DNA of 64,000 nucleotides from the NCBI GenBank assembly GCA_934402395.1, contig CAKRTQ010000004.1:65946-129945 (forward strand), given 5' to 3'. The stretch is from an uncultured Eubacteriales bacterium. Its GTDB lineage: Bacteria; Bacillota; Clostridia; Oscillospirales; CAG-272. A program made the translations under genes and the position numbers. Below, piece by piece: positions 48,309 to 58,289 of this stretch (the first letter of the stretch is position 1; each line of letters starts with the position of its first letter). The notes under the pieces are model-generated. The model was not told the DNA's origin. It saw only the letters and a program-made list of their open reading frames with translations, and did not search any database.

Positions 48309-48964
48309 GTGAGGGTATGACCGTTGCCAATCCCTTCGGGATGAGGCGTATCGGCATTTACGGCGGCACATTTGCTCCGCCGCACAACGGACACGTAGCT
48401 GCCGCGCGCGCTTTTATTTCACAGATGCGGCTTGATTACCTTTATGTCATTCCGGCATTTCTACCGCCGCATAAAAGGCTTGATTTTGCCGATGATCCCA
48501 CAGACAGGCTGCGTATGTGCGAGCTTGCCTTTGGCGATGTTGAGGGCGTTATAGTGAGCGATACCGAACAAAGGCGCGGCGGAAAAAGCTATACCGTTGA
48601 TACGCTGCGCGAGCTTTCGGCTCCGGACACGAGGCTTTTTCTGCTTTGCGGGACCGATATGATGCTGACGCTTGATACATGGCATGAGGCAGAAGAGCTG
48701 TTCAGGCTGTGTTACCCTATCTACATCCGGCGCGAGAGCGATGAGACGCTTGATTGGCGGATAGTTGCCAAGGTCAAAGAATACAAGGAAAAATACAATG
48801 CTGTCGTGCGGCGCGTTGTAACGCCGCCGGTGGAGATATCCTCTACCGAGGTCCGCCGTGCGGCGGCTGAGGGAAAAAGCCTTGCAGGAATGGTCCCGCC
48901 TGCCGTTGAAGCGTATATACGCGAGCACGGACTTTACGGCGCGCCTCCCCGTGCAATAAAATAG
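48305..48964 (+). CDS. nadD: nicotinate-nucleotide adenylyltransferase
   Basis: The nucleotidyltransferase motif is GIYGGTFAPPHNGH, and the C-terminal block is ISSTEVR. The ATGA overlaps the yhbY stop. Confidence 0.9.
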   Translation: MSEGMTVANPFGMRRIGIYGGTFAPPHNGHVAAARAFISQMRLDYLYVIPAFLPPHKRLDFADDPTDRLRMCELAFGDVEGVIVSDTEQRRGGKSYTVDTLRELSAPDTRLFLLCGTDMMLTLDTWHEAEELFRLCYPIYIRRESDETLDWRIVAKVKEYKEKYNAVVRRVVTPPVEISSTEVRRAAAEGKSLAGMVPPAVEAYIREHGLYGAPPRAIK

Positions 48965-48975
48965 GGGGTGATAAA

Positions 48976-49644
48976 ATGTGCGAAAATGAACATAAAACCG
49001 TAAACATAACGGATGCGGAACTTGACTCACTTCGCGCCGGACTTCCGTTTATTCTGTCGGAAAAGCGCGCGCGCCATGTGCTCGGAGTCGAGAGAATGGC
49101 GGCAAAGCTCGGCGGGCTTTTCGTGCCGGATGACGATGATATCCGCCTTTTGCGCGGAGCGGCTCTTCTGCACGATATAACCAAGGAGCTCACGACTGGT
49201 GAGCATGCCGCGATCATGCGTGCGCACGGAGTCGAACCGACGGAGTACGATATTCTGTCACCAAAGACGCTTCACGCGCGTACGGCGGCAATTCTGATAC
49301 CGGAGAGGTATCCGCAGTTTGCCGACCCGCGCCTGATATCGGCTGTTCGCTGGCACACGACCGGGCGCGCCGGTATGAGCATTTTTGATAAAATAATTTA
49401 TTTTGCCGATTACATCGACGATACACGCACGTATGCCGACTGTGTGAAGCTGCGCGATCTGTTTTTTGACGCAAAGCCGGAAAATATGAGTCCCGACGTG
49501 CTGGCGCGTCATCTCGACAGACTGATCGTTATGTCATTCGATATGACGCTCGGCGAGCTGACGGAAAAGAACGGTCTTATCAGCACCGACACGGTAGACG
49601 CAAGGAATTATCTGCTTTGCGGACTTCTGAAGCCGTGCAAATAA
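48976..49644 (+). CDS. yqeK: HD-domain bis(5'-nucleosyl)-tetraphosphatase YqeK
   Basis: The HD motif is LHDITKE. It sits between nadD and rsfS, as in the Bacillus yqe operon. Confidence 0.8.
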   Translation: MCENEHKTVNITDAELDSLRAGLPFILSEKRARHVLGVERMAAKLGGLFVPDDDDIRLLRGAALLHDITKELTTGEHAAIMRAHGVEPTEYDILSPKTLHARTAAILIPERYPQFADPRLISAVRWHTTGRAGMSIFDKIIYFADYIDDTRTYADCVKLRDLFFDAKPENMSPDVLARHLDRLIVMSFDMTLGELTEKNGLISTDTVDARNYLLCGLLKPCK

Positions 49645-49693
49645 AACAACTCAATGCGACAGATCTTTGAATACAGAGAAAGGATGCAATAAA

Positions 49694-50101
49694 ATGAACG
49701 CAGAAATCAGATTCGCACCGGACGGAAATCCGGATCCCCGCTCGCTTGCCGAGGAAATATATCATATTCTTGACGCTCACCGCGGTGAGGATATAGCTGT
49801 TCTCCGGGTCGGAGAAAAAATAGAAATAACCGAATATTTCGTTCTTTGCACGGCTCACGCCACGACCCATGTCCGCGCACTTGCCGATGAGGTCGAATTC
49901 AGGATCGGCGAGGCCGGCGTAAAGCCTTTTGCCTCTGAAGGACGCGGCGACAAGAATTCGTGGATGGTGCTTGACTACGGAACCGTTATGGTCCACATTT
50001 TCACGCGTGACGCACGTGAGTTTTACAATCTTGACAAACTTTATTCTGACACCGAAAAGGTGGAGATCGCTCCGCGTGCGCTGCCTGACAACGCAGAGTA
50101 A
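49694..50101 (+). CDS. rsfS: ribosome silencing factor RsfS
   Basis: The conserved block YFVLCTAHATTHVRALADEV...WMVLDYGTVMVHIF is present. The ATG at 49694 lies 9 nt after AGAAAGGA. Confidence 0.85.
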   Translation: MNAEIRFAPDGNPDPRSLAEEIYHILDAHRGEDIAVLRVGEKIEITEYFVLCTAHATTHVRALADEVEFRIGEAGVKPFASEGRGDKNSWMVLDYGTVMVHIFTRDAREFYNLDKLYSDTEKVEIAPRALPDNAE

Positions 50102-50121
50102 GAGCGATTCGGGAGATCATT

Positions 50122-52536
50122 ATGAAATACGATTATCTGGCAATTGAAAAAAAGTGGCAGGACAGATGGAGCGAGGCTGGTGTTTTCCGTGCACTTGACG
50201 AAAAGGAAGCAGGTGGGAAGCCCAAATTCTACGCTCTTGTCGAATTTCCCTATCCGAGCGGAGCGGGAATGCACGTCGGACACATAAAAGCATACTCGGG
50301 TCTTGAAGTCGTGTCGCGTATGCGCCGTATGCAGGGTTATAACGTCCTTTTCCCGATGGGCTTTGACGCCTTCGGTCTGCCAACCGAAAACTATGCGATA
50401 AAGACGGGTATGCATCCGCGTGCCGTCACCGACAAAAACATTGCAAAATTCACGCAGCAGCTTAAGCGCGTCGGCTACAGCTTTGACTGGGACCGCGTTA
50501 TCGACACGACAGACGAGGATTACTACCGCTGGACGCAGTGGATATTCCTTAAAATGTTTGAAGCCGGACTTGCCTTCCGCGATACCGCGCTCGTCAACTA
50601 CTGCCCGACCTGCAAGGTCGTGCTTTCAAATGAGGATTCCCAGGGCGGCAAGTGCGACATCTGCCACAGCGACGTTGTGCAGAAGTCAAAGGATGTATGG
50701 TATCTGCGCATAACGAAATATGCCGACCGTTTGCTTGAGGGGCTGAAGGAAGTCGATTATCTGCCCAATATCAAGCAGCAGCAGATCAACTGGATCGGCA
50801 GATCCGAGGGCGCGTTCGTCAATTTCGGCATTGCCGGCAAGCCCGACGAAAAACTGCGCATATACACCACGCGCCCCGACACCCTGTTCGGCGTTACATT
50901 CATGGTAATGGCGCCCGAGCATCCGATGATAGACAAGTACGCCTCCGAGATCGCCAACATGGACGAGGTGAAGGCATACCGCGCCGAATGCGCCAAAAAA
51001 ACCGAGTTCGAACGCACCCAGCTTGTCAAGGACAAGACCGGCGTCCGCCTTTCGGGGCTTTCCGCCGTCAATCCGCTCACGGGCAAGGAAATACCTATTT
51101 ACATTGCCGATTATGTCATGATGGGCTACGGCACCGGCGCGATAATGGCTGTTCCCGCGCACGATCAGCGCGACTGGGAGTTCGCACACAAGTTCGGCAT
51201 TGACGTCATTGAGGTCATAAAGGGCGGAAATGTCGAAAAGGAAGCATATGCCGGCGACGGAGAGATGGTCAATTCCGGCTTCCTTAACGGATACAATAAC
51301 AAAAAGGATTCCATCCGCCGCGCGGTAGAGGAGCTTGAAAAGCTCGGTGCGGGCGAGGGCGGAGTCCAGTACAAGATGAAGGACTGGGCGTTCAACCGTC
51401 AGCGTTACTGGGGCGAGCCGATACCGATCGTACACTGCCCGAAGTGCGGTATGGTGCCCGTGCCGTATGACGAGCTGCCGCTGAAGCTCCCCGATATGAA
51501 GGAATTCGCGCCGGGTCAGAACGGCGAGTCGCCGCTGGCGCGCATACCCGAATTCGTTCACTGCAAGTGCCCGAAGTGCGGCGGCGAGGCGCGCCGCGAG
51601 ACAGACACCATGCCACAGTGGGCGGGTTCGTCGTGGTACTTCCTCCGCTATGTCGATCCGCATAACCCCAAATGCCTTGCCGATTACGACAAGCTGAAAT
51701 ACTGGATGCCCGTTGACTGGTACAACGGCGGTATGGAGCACGTCACGCGCCATATGATCTATTCGCGCTTCTGGCATAAATTCCTTTACGATCTCGGTGT
51801 CGTGCCCTGTGATGAGCCGTATGCCAAACGCACCGCACAGGGACTTATACTCGGTCCGGACGGCGACAAAATGTCAAAATCCAAGGGCAACGTCATCGAC
51901 CCCAACACTGTTATCGATGCTTACGGCGCCGATGTGCTGCGCACATACGTTCTCTTTATGGGCGACTACACGGCAGCTGCGCCGTGGTCGGATAACAGTG
52001 TGAAGGGATGCAAGAGATTCCTTGAGAGAGTTGCGGATCTGCCGGGAATGGTGAAGGGCGCAGGCGCAACGCCCGCTCTTGAGGCGGCATTCCACAAGAC
52101 TGTAAAAAAGGTCACCGACGATTACAACAGCCTTAAGTTCAACACTGCGATAGCGGCGCTTATGGGTCTTATCAACGATATAACCGCCAACGGTTCGCTT
52201 ACCAAAGACGAGCTTATGACCTATATCAAGCTGCTCTCACCCGTTGCTCCTCATCTTTGCGAGGAGATAAACGAAAAGCTCGGCGGCAAGACGCTGCTTG
52301 CCGTCTCCGAATGGCCCGGATACGACGAGGCAAAAACAGTGGATGATACGGTCGAGCTTGCCGTTCAGATAAACGGCAAGGTGCGTTCCACCGTCAAGCT
52401 GCCGCTTGACTGCCCGCGCGATGAAGCACTTGCTGCCGCCAAGGCAGACGAGCGCATTGCTGCGGCGATCGAGGGCAAGACGATAGTTAAGGAGATCACG
52501 GTGCCGAACAAGATAATCAACATCGTGGTCAGATAA
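50122..52536 (+). CDS. leuS: leucine--tRNA ligase
   Basis: The HIGH-type motif is PSGAGMHVGH and the KMSKS motif is KMSKSKGN. It is 804 aa and includes an editing domain. Confidence 0.95.
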   Translation: MKYDYLAIEKKWQDRWSEAGVFRALDEKEAGGKPKFYALVEFPYPSGAGMHVGHIKAYSGLEVVSRMRRMQGYNVLFPMGFDAFGLPTENYAIKTGMHPRAVTDKNIAKFTQQLKRVGYSFDWDRVIDTTDEDYYRWTQWIFLKMFEAGLAFRDTALVNYCPTCKVVLSNEDSQGGKCDICHSDVVQKSKDVWYLRITKYADRLLEGLKEVDYLPNIKQQQINWIGRSEGAFVNFGIAGKPDEKLRIYTTRPDTLFGVTFMVMAPEHPMIDKYASEIANMDEVKAYRAECAKKTEFERTQLVKDKTGVRLSGLSAVNPLTGKEIPIYIADYVMMGYGTGAIMAVPAHDQRDWEFAHKFGIDVIEVIKGGNVEKEAYAGDGEMVNSGFLNGYNNKKDSIRRAVEELEKLGAGEGGVQYKMKDWAFNRQRYWGEPIPIVHCPKCGMVPVPYDELPLKLPDMKEFAPGQNGESPLARIPEFVHCKCPKCGGEARRETDTMPQWAGSSWYFLRYVDPHNPKCLADYDKLKYWMPVDWYNGGMEHVTRHMIYSRFWHKFLYDLGVVPCDEPYAKRTAQGLILGPDGDKMSKSKGNVIDPNTVIDAYGADVLRTYVLFMGDYTAAAPWSDNSVKGCKRFLERVADLPGMVKGAGATPALEAAFHKTVKKVTDDYNSLKFNTAIAALMGLINDITANGSLTKDELMTYIKLLSPVAPHLCEEINEKLGGKTLLAVSEWPGYDEAKTVDDTVELAVQINGKVRSTVKLPLDCPRDEALAAAKADERIAAAIEGKTIVKEITVPNKIINIVVR

Positions 52537-52586
52537 ATCAATTTCACAGCGGGAAGCGCCGGACGGTGCGGCCCGTAACAGGGCAG

Positions 52587-52617
52587 GGAGAGCCGAACCG
52601 AGCGGGCGAGGCTCTCC
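52587..52617 (+). terminator. possible weak terminator after leuS
   Basis: GGAGAGCC - 15 nt - GGCTCTCC forms the stem. It is followed only by TTGCCTTG, which is a poor U-tract. Confidence 0.3.
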
Positions 52618-52638
52618 TTGCCTTGCGGAAAGGTTTTT

Positions 52639-54072
52639 ATGTTGAATTCAACAAAGCTGAAAAGATACTTCGGCGATGCGGGCTTCTGGAGAGATATAGC
52701 AAGACTTGCGCTTCCGATAGCCCTTCAGAATCTGCTTTCAAGTTCATTTGCGCTGGTAGATACACTTATGGTGGGGCAGCTTGGCGATACTCCGCTTGCT
52801 GCCGTAGGTATGGCGGGACAGTTCGGGTGGTTCCTTTCGATGATCATATTCGGAATGACCTCTGCGCTCACCATGTTTGTATCGCAGTACTGGGGAGCGC
52901 AGGATCTGAAGTCGATACGCAGAGTGTACGGGATAGCGCTTGCGCTTGCGCTCGGCATATCCGGGCTGTTCACCGTTGCCGGCGCCGCTTTTCCGCGCGG
53001 CGTCGTGTGGATATTCAACCGCGAGGCGGCTGTGCTTGACGTAGGGGCGGAGTATTTGTCGGTCGCGGCATTCTCATATCCCGCAATTGCACTCAATTAT
53101 GTTTTTATGGGCGTTCTGCGCGCTACAGAGCGCGTAAAGCTGCCTCTTTACACAACACTGGTAACAACACTGCTCAATGCCGGGCTGGACTATGCTTTTA
53201 TTTTCGGTTTCGGGTCAATACCGGCAATGGGGGCGCGCGGAGCAGCCATCGCGACCGTTATATCCGCGTGGCTCTCGCCTGTTATCACTTTTTTGATATC
53301 CCTTACCGAGAAAAACATACTCATTGCGTCGCTGCGGGATATGTTCGGCTTTGACCGTGCATTCCTGGGGCAGTTTTTGCGCCGCGCGATGCCCGTTGTG
53401 GCAAACGAGACCCTGTGGGGGGCGGGAACGCTTGTTTTCAATATCATTTTTGCCAATCTCGGTTCGGGCAACTATGCTGCGGTAACGATAATGCGCACAT
53501 TTGAAAGCATTGCTTTTGTCTTTTTTGTGGGACTTGGCAGCGCGTCAAGCGTTATTGTTGGAAAGTCGGTCGGAGCCGGAGAAATAAATGCTGCAGTGCG
53601 CGATTCGCGCCGACTGGCTGTGCTCGTTCCGTCATTTTCGCTGCTGTTCGGTATGGTGATAATTGCCTTCAGACGTCAGATCGTTGGAATTTTCGACCTT
53701 GACGGAAAGATCACAGCCGAAACGCTCGGCACTGCCGTATGGATACTTTCGATATATGCGGCGGAAATGGCGATAAGAAATATACCGTACATAATGATAT
53801 GCGGAATTTTTCGTCCGGGCGGAGAAACACGCGTGGGAATGAAGTACGACCTTTTGTTTTTGTGGTGCGTATCACTGCCCGCGACACTTGCGGCGGCATT
53901 CCTTCTCCGTCTGCCTTTTCCGGCGGTATTTGCGACCATGTACATAGCTGAGGACTGGCTGAAGGCGTTTTTTTGCATACGGTATTTCCTTACCGGCAAA
54001 TGGCTGAAGCCCGTTACTCCGGAGGGCCGCGCCGGACTTGAAAAATACCTCCGTGAAAAGGAAAAAGCATGA
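52639..54072 (+). CDS. MATE family efflux transporter
   Basis: It is a 12-TM-type hydrophobic protein with the MATE N-terminal block IARLALPIALQNLLSSSFALVDTLMVGQLG. The ATG at 52639 lies 6 nt after GAAAGG. Confidence 0.85.
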   Translation: MLNSTKLKRYFGDAGFWRDIARLALPIALQNLLSSSFALVDTLMVGQLGDTPLAAVGMAGQFGWFLSMIIFGMTSALTMFVSQYWGAQDLKSIRRVYGIALALALGISGLFTVAGAAFPRGVVWIFNREAAVLDVGAEYLSVAAFSYPAIALNYVFMGVLRATERVKLPLYTTLVTTLLNAGLDYAFIFGFGSIPAMGARGAAIATVISAWLSPVITFLISLTEKNILIASLRDMFGFDRAFLGQFLRRAMPVVANETLWGAGTLVFNIIFANLGSGNYAAVTIMRTFESIAFVFFVGLGSASSVIVGKSVGAGEINAAVRDSRRLAVLVPSFSLLFGMVIIAFRRQIVGIFDLDGKITAETLGTAVWILSIYAAEMAIRNIPYIMICGIFRPGGETRVGMKYDLLFLWCVSLPATLAAAFLLRLPFPAVFATMYIAEDWLKAFFCIRYFLTGKWLKPVTPEGRAGLEKYLREKEKA

Positions 54073-54112
54073 AGTTTTTTTCGCATATTGCGAAAAAAAT
54101 CGCAAAAAACTA

Positions 54113-54141
54113 TTGCATTTCAAACGGAAATGTGGTATCAT
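54113..54141 (+). promoter_or_regulatory. sigma-A type promoter of rpsT
   Basis: TTGCAT - 17 nt - TATCAT with TGg immediately upstream (extended -10). Confidence 0.6.
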
Positions 54142-54220
54142 ATACAAGTATGAAGATTCGGTGTGCGTAAGCTCTCAGGCGTGTGCCGCAGCTTCATGAT
54201 TTCAAGGGGAGGTGAATATT

Positions 54221-54484
54221 TTGGCGAACATCAAATCAGCGAAAAAGCGCGTAAAGGTCATTAAGGTCAAAACGCTTCGCAACAAGATGGCACACAATCA
54301 GCTTCGCACCATTATAAAGAAGTATTATGCTGCCGTTGAGTCCGGCGACAAGGAAGCCGCGAAGAGCGCATATCTGCTTGCCGTTAAGAAGGTCGATCAG
54401 GCTGCTGCGCACGGTATCATCCACAAGAACGCTGCCGCGCACAAAAAGAGCCAGTTCACAAAGGCCCTCAACGCAATGGCGTAA
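54221..54484 (+). CDS. rpsT: 30S ribosomal protein S20 (TTG start)
   Basis: The TTG at 54221 gives the canonical N-terminus (M)ANIKSAKKRVKV and lies 8 nt after GGGGAGGTG. The ORF-track GTG at 54212 is inside the SD. Confidence 0.9.
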   Translation: MANIKSAKKRVKVIKVKTLRNKMAHNQLRTIIKKYYAAVESGDKEAAKSAYLLAVKKVDQAAAHGIIHKNAAAHKKSQFTKALNAMA

Positions 54485-54530
54485 GCCACGGCAATTATAT
54501 AATCTGTCGATGCCCGGCAGAACCCAAAAG

Positions 54531-54569
54531 AAAAGGAACGCAAGTCGTGCTTGCGCCTTTTCTTTTTTT
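54531..54569 (+). terminator. intrinsic terminator after rpsT
   Basis: AAAAGGaaCGCAAG-tcgtg-CTTGCGCCTTTT forms the hairpin, followed by CTTTTTTT. Confidence 0.7.
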
Positions 54570-54700
54570 ATGCTTTTTTGACTCCGGTCCATCCTTTTTT
54601 TTGCCGTACCGTCACCGTGTGACAGAGTGCGGCATATATTGACATTGAGTAAGGTGAGGCTTTCCACGTTCCTCACAAAAAAGAAAGGACGGTCACGGAT

Positions 54701-54916
54701 GTGCGTAGTATAGCGGTTTTTCCTACTCTTACGGCGGCGGAGAGGGTGCGCCGCGTGTTGAATGCTGCGGCGATATCCGCCGAAACGGTAAAGGTAGATT
54801 CGTCGCGGACGCGCCGCGGATGCTCGTGGGGGGTATCGTTTCCCGATGTGCAGCGTGAAAATGTGCTTACGGTGCTTTCAAACGCCGGGATCAGAACAAG
54901 GGAGATAATTGGATGA
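54701..54916 (+). CDS. DUF3343-like small protein (putative S/Se carrier-like)
   Basis: It is 71 aa with a GTG start and a single conserved-looking Cys in RRGCSWGVSF. It overlaps the downstream class-V aminotransferase gene by 4 nt (ATGA). The family was assigned from memory of this size, context and Cys motif. Confidence 0.55.
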   Translation: MRSIAVFPTLTAAERVRRVLNAAAISAETVKVDSSRTRRGCSWGVSFPDVQRENVLTVLSNAGIRTREIIG

Positions 54917-56088
54917 TGGTTTATCTTGACAATGCCGCAACGACCTTTCCGAAGCCGGCGCGGGTATGTGAGAAAGTGTACCGCTGTATGCTTGAATGCG
55001 GCGGAAATCCGGGCAGGGGCGCGCATCCGGTGGCAATGGCGGCGGCGGAATGCGTGTATGAATGCAGAGAGGCGGTTTCTGACTTTTTCGGTGCGCCGGG
55101 AGCGGATAAGGTCATAATGATGCCCAATGCCACATTCGGACTCAATCTGGCGATAAAAGGACTGATCCCGCCGCAGCGTAGCACGCGCACGGAAAAAATG
55201 CATCTTATAATATCGGATCTTGAGCATAATTCGGTCCTGCGCCCCGTAGAGCGTCTGCGGCGCGACGGATATGCCGATTACTCGGTCTTTCCATCCGGAG
55301 CCGCACGCGGCGGCGGCAGCCCGGGAGAAACCGTAGCGGCGATAGGACGGCTCATCAACCGTCGCACACGTGCTGTGATATGTACAGCGGCGTCCAACAT
55401 ATGCTCGGTAAAGCTTCCGATCGCCGAAATAGGGGCATTGTGCCATGCGCGCGGGCTTTTGTTTATCGTTGACGCGGCGCAGGGCGCGGGGCATATTGCA
55501 CTGAATATGAAGGAGCAGAATATCGATGCGTTGGCTTTGCCGGGACATAAAGGACTTTACGGTCCCGGCGGAAGCGGAGCGTTGATCCTCGGGGGCAGGT
55601 ATATGCCGACGCCTCTTATTGAAGGCGGATCGGGCGCCATGTCGTTCGATGCGGAAATGCCGCCCGATCCACCGGAAAGATATGAGGCGGGAACGCTCAA
55701 TGTGCCGGCGGCTGCGGGGCTGTGCGCCGGCATAGGATTTGTAAAGAGCATAGGCGTTGATGAGATCAGCCGCCGCGAGACGGCACTTTTTGACCGTGCC
55801 GTCTCGGGTCTTTCCGGAATACGCGGCGTCAGGATATACGCACCACGCGCTCGCGGTCCCGCCATCGGCTTCAATGTGGGAAGCATACCGTCCGACAGCG
55901 TTGCAAACGCGCTCGGAAATGAGGGGATCTGCGTTCGCGGTGGTTTTCATTGCGCGCCTCTTGCACACCGCGCGCTCGGCAGTGCGGAGAGGGGAAGCGT
56001 CCGTGCGAGCTTTGGCTGCTTCAACACATTCGGAGATGTGGATGCGCTCTGCCGCGCTGTTGCGGCGATAGCACGGCAAAAGCTCTGA
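54913..56088 (+). CDS. class V aminotransferase-fold PLP enzyme, cysteine desulfurase/selenocysteine lyase-like
   Basis: The N-terminus is YLDNAATTFP, the PLP-Lys block is LPGHKGLYGP, and the C-terminal active-site Cys block is RGGFHCAPLAH. Confidence 0.85.
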   Translation: MMVYLDNAATTFPKPARVCEKVYRCMLECGGNPGRGAHPVAMAAAECVYECREAVSDFFGAPGADKVIMMPNATFGLNLAIKGLIPPQRSTRTEKMHLIISDLEHNSVLRPVERLRRDGYADYSVFPSGAARGGGSPGETVAAIGRLINRRTRAVICTAASNICSVKLPIAEIGALCHARGLLFIVDAAQGAGHIALNMKEQNIDALALPGHKGLYGPGGSGALILGGRYMPTPLIEGGSGAMSFDAEMPPDPPERYEAGTLNVPAAAGLCAGIGFVKSIGVDEISRRETALFDRAVSGLSGIRGVRIYAPRARGPAIGFNVGSIPSDSVANALGNEGICVRGGFHCAPLAHRALGSAERGSVRASFGCFNTFGDVDALCRAVAAIARQKL

Positions 56089-56096
56089 CGGTAAAT

Positions 56097-57374
56097 TTAA
56101 TTTGTTGCTTTTCCGTAGACAGCCGCCGCGCCGAGCTCGGCGGCTATGGCGGTAAGACGGTTGTATTTTGAAACACGTTCGCTGCGGCAGGGCGCGCCGG
56201 TTTTTATAAACGGCGCGCGCATGCCGACGGCAATATCGGCAAGGGCTGTGTCCTCTGTCTCGCCCGAGCGGTGTGAGAGGATATAGGCATATCCGGCATC
56301 CTGCGCGGCAGAAATGAGAGCTGCGGTCTCGCCGAGCGTGCCTATCTGGTTTGGTTTTACAAGCACGGCGTTTGCCGCGCCTTTTTTTATGCCTTCGGCG
56401 AGCCGCTCGGTGTTGGTGACAAACAGATCGTCCCCGACAAGCATGATGCGGTGCCCGATAAGCTCCGTGAGCGCAGCCCAGCCGTCAAAGTCGCGTTGGT
56501 CAAGCCCGTCCTCAAGCGAACATATGGGGAAGCGTTTAATGAGTGTTTCCCAATATCCGCAAAGCTCTGCACGGTCGTAGGTGATGCCCCGCTTTGGCAG
56601 ACGGTAAAGAGAGTCGCGCGGGTCAAACCATTCGCCCGATGCCGCGTCAAGCGCTATCTTTACACGTTCCGTGTCGTAGCCCGCCTTGACTATGGCCTCG
56701 CATACCGCCTCAAGAGCGGCATCGTCGGAGGGAAGATCGGGGGCAAATCCGCCCTCGTCGCCGACGGCAGTGGAAAGCCCGCGCGACTTCAGAAGCCCGC
56801 CGAGGGTATGGTAGATCTCTGCGGCGCAGCGAAGCGCTTCTTCAAACGATGAAAAACCGGACGGAACGATCATGAATTCCTGTATTTCGATGTTGTTTGA
56901 AGCGTGCGCGCCGCCGTTAAGGATATTGAGCATCGGCACGGGAAGACGCGTTGCGGCAGTGCCGCCGAGGTAGCGGTAGAGCGGGAGCCCGAAGTGCGCC
57001 GCAGCGGCTTTTGCCGCCGCAAGCGATACCGCAAGCGTGGCGTTTGAGCCGAGATTCTCCTTGTTGCGTGTGCCGTCGGTAGCAAGTATCGCCCGGTCGA
57101 CCTCGCCGATGCAGGCAGCATCAACACCGGCGAGAGACGGCGCAAGCTCGTCTGTCACTCCGGATACGGCTTTTTTTGTCCCCTTTCCACCGTAGCGTGC
57201 GGGATCGCCGTCTCTTTTCTCATGTGCCTCGTATATGCCGGTTGAGGCGCCGGACGGCGCCGAGGCGCAGCCGACAGAGCCGTCAGCCAGGACGACCGTT
57301 GCTTCAACTGTCGGATTGCCGCGCGAGTCAAGTATTTCGCGGGCATGACAGCTGACTATTTCTGTGCTTTTCAT
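56097..57374 (-). CDS. eno: enolase (phosphopyruvate hydratase)
   Basis: The N-terminus is AREILDSRGNPTVEA, and the signature is ILSHRSGETEDT. It is 425 aa. Confidence 0.95.
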   Translation of the reverse strand: MKSTEIVSCHAREILDSRGNPTVEATVVLADGSVGCASAPSGASTGIYEAHEKRDGDPARYGGKGTKKAVSGVTDELAPSLAGVDAACIGEVDRAILATDGTRNKENLGSNATLAVSLAAAKAAAAHFGLPLYRYLGGTAATRLPVPMLNILNGGAHASNNIEIQEFMIVPSGFSSFEEALRCAAEIYHTLGGLLKSRGLSTAVGDEGGFAPDLPSDDAALEAVCEAIVKAGYDTERVKIALDAASGEWFDPRDSLYRLPKRGITYDRAELCGYWETLIKRFPICSLEDGLDQRDFDGWAALTELIGHRIMLVGDDLFVTNTERLAEGIKKGAANAVLVKPNQIGTLGETAALISAAQDAGYAYILSHRSGETEDTALADIAVGMRAPFIKTGAPCRSERVSKYNRLTAIAAELGAAAVYGKATN

Positions 57375-57450
57375 TGTGTATCACACCTTTCTTTTTTGAA
57401 AATATTTTCCCCGTCAGCCGCGCTGTGTATGCGCTTTTTTATTTATTTTC

Positions 57451-57479
57451 TTGATATTGCGACTCATATGTGGTATAAT
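57451..57479 (+). promoter_or_regulatory. sigma-A type promoter of Cof-type hydrolase gene
   Basis: TTGATA - 17 nt - TATAAT with TGg (extended -10). Confidence 0.6.
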
Positions 57480-57509
57480 TAAAGCGATAAAAAAGAAAAG
57501 GATGCTTTT

Positions 57510-58289
57510 ATGGGTAAGTTTGACGGCTGGCTTATTTGCAGCGATTTTGACGGGACGATATACGTTGATAAGGCACTTTCGTACGAGAACTGTGCCGCGG
57601 TAAGATATTTTCAGGAAAACGGCGGAAAATTCACGTTTGCGAGCGGCAGGTTCGTTTCAATGTTTGATGATTTTTGCGACCGCATCGTGCCGGGCGCACC
57701 GATAGCGGGACTTAACGGCGCCGTGATCGCAGAGCCATGCGGCGGAAGAGTGCTTTACCGCGGCGGTATAGAGCGCGCGGAGGCGGTTCGTTTTGCTTTT
57801 CGGGCACTTGAACGCTACGAGGGTGCGCAGAATGTCATACTTTACAGGGATGACAGCTCGATAAAGGTGAAAAAGGGCGAGGCGGTGCCGCCCGGGATCT
57901 ACGATCTGCCGGATATGCTGGCAAAAATATCTCTTACTGTCGATGCTGACGAGAGCGACGGGATATTTGCCGACATGACAGCCCGCGCGGCGGGAAAATA
58001 CAGCGTGTCGCGAAGCTGGAAACGCGGTATCGAATTCAATTCTCCGTCGGATACAAAGGGAAAGGCGGCATTGAGGATCAAAGAAATGGTCGGTGCGACG
58101 CATCTTGTGTGCGTAGGCGATTACGAAAATGACATTTCGATGATAGAGGCTGCCGACATCGGCTATGCCGTGGAAAATGCTGTACCCGCACTCAAGGCGG
58201 CAGCCGACCGTGTGACCGTGAACTGCCGTGATCATGCAATAGCCGCTATCATTCGTGAAATTGAGGAATCTTTTCTTCCGCAATGTTGA
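57510..58289 (+). CDS. Cof-type HAD-IIB family hydrolase
   Basis: HAD motif I is CSDFDGTI, and the late motif is VGDYENDISM. Confidence 0.8.
   Translation: MGKFDGWLICSDFDGTIYVDKALSYENCAAVRYFQENGGKFTFASGRFVSMFDDFCDRIVPGAPIAGLNGAVIAEPCGGRVLYRGGIERAEAVRFAFRALERYEGAQNVILYRDDSSIKVKKGEAVPPGIYDLPDMLAKISLTVDADESDGIFADMTARAAGKYSVSRSWKRGIEFNSPSDTKGKAALRIKEMVGATHLVCVGDYENDISMIEAADIGYAVENAVPALKAAADRVTVNCRDHAIAAIIREIEESFLPQC

Noticed and set aside
54673-56079. 468-aa minus-strand ORF
   Set aside because: It is antisense to the DUF3343 and class-V aminotransferase genes. It is Arg-rich and low-complexity, and the plus-strand genes carry clear PLP and Cys motifs.
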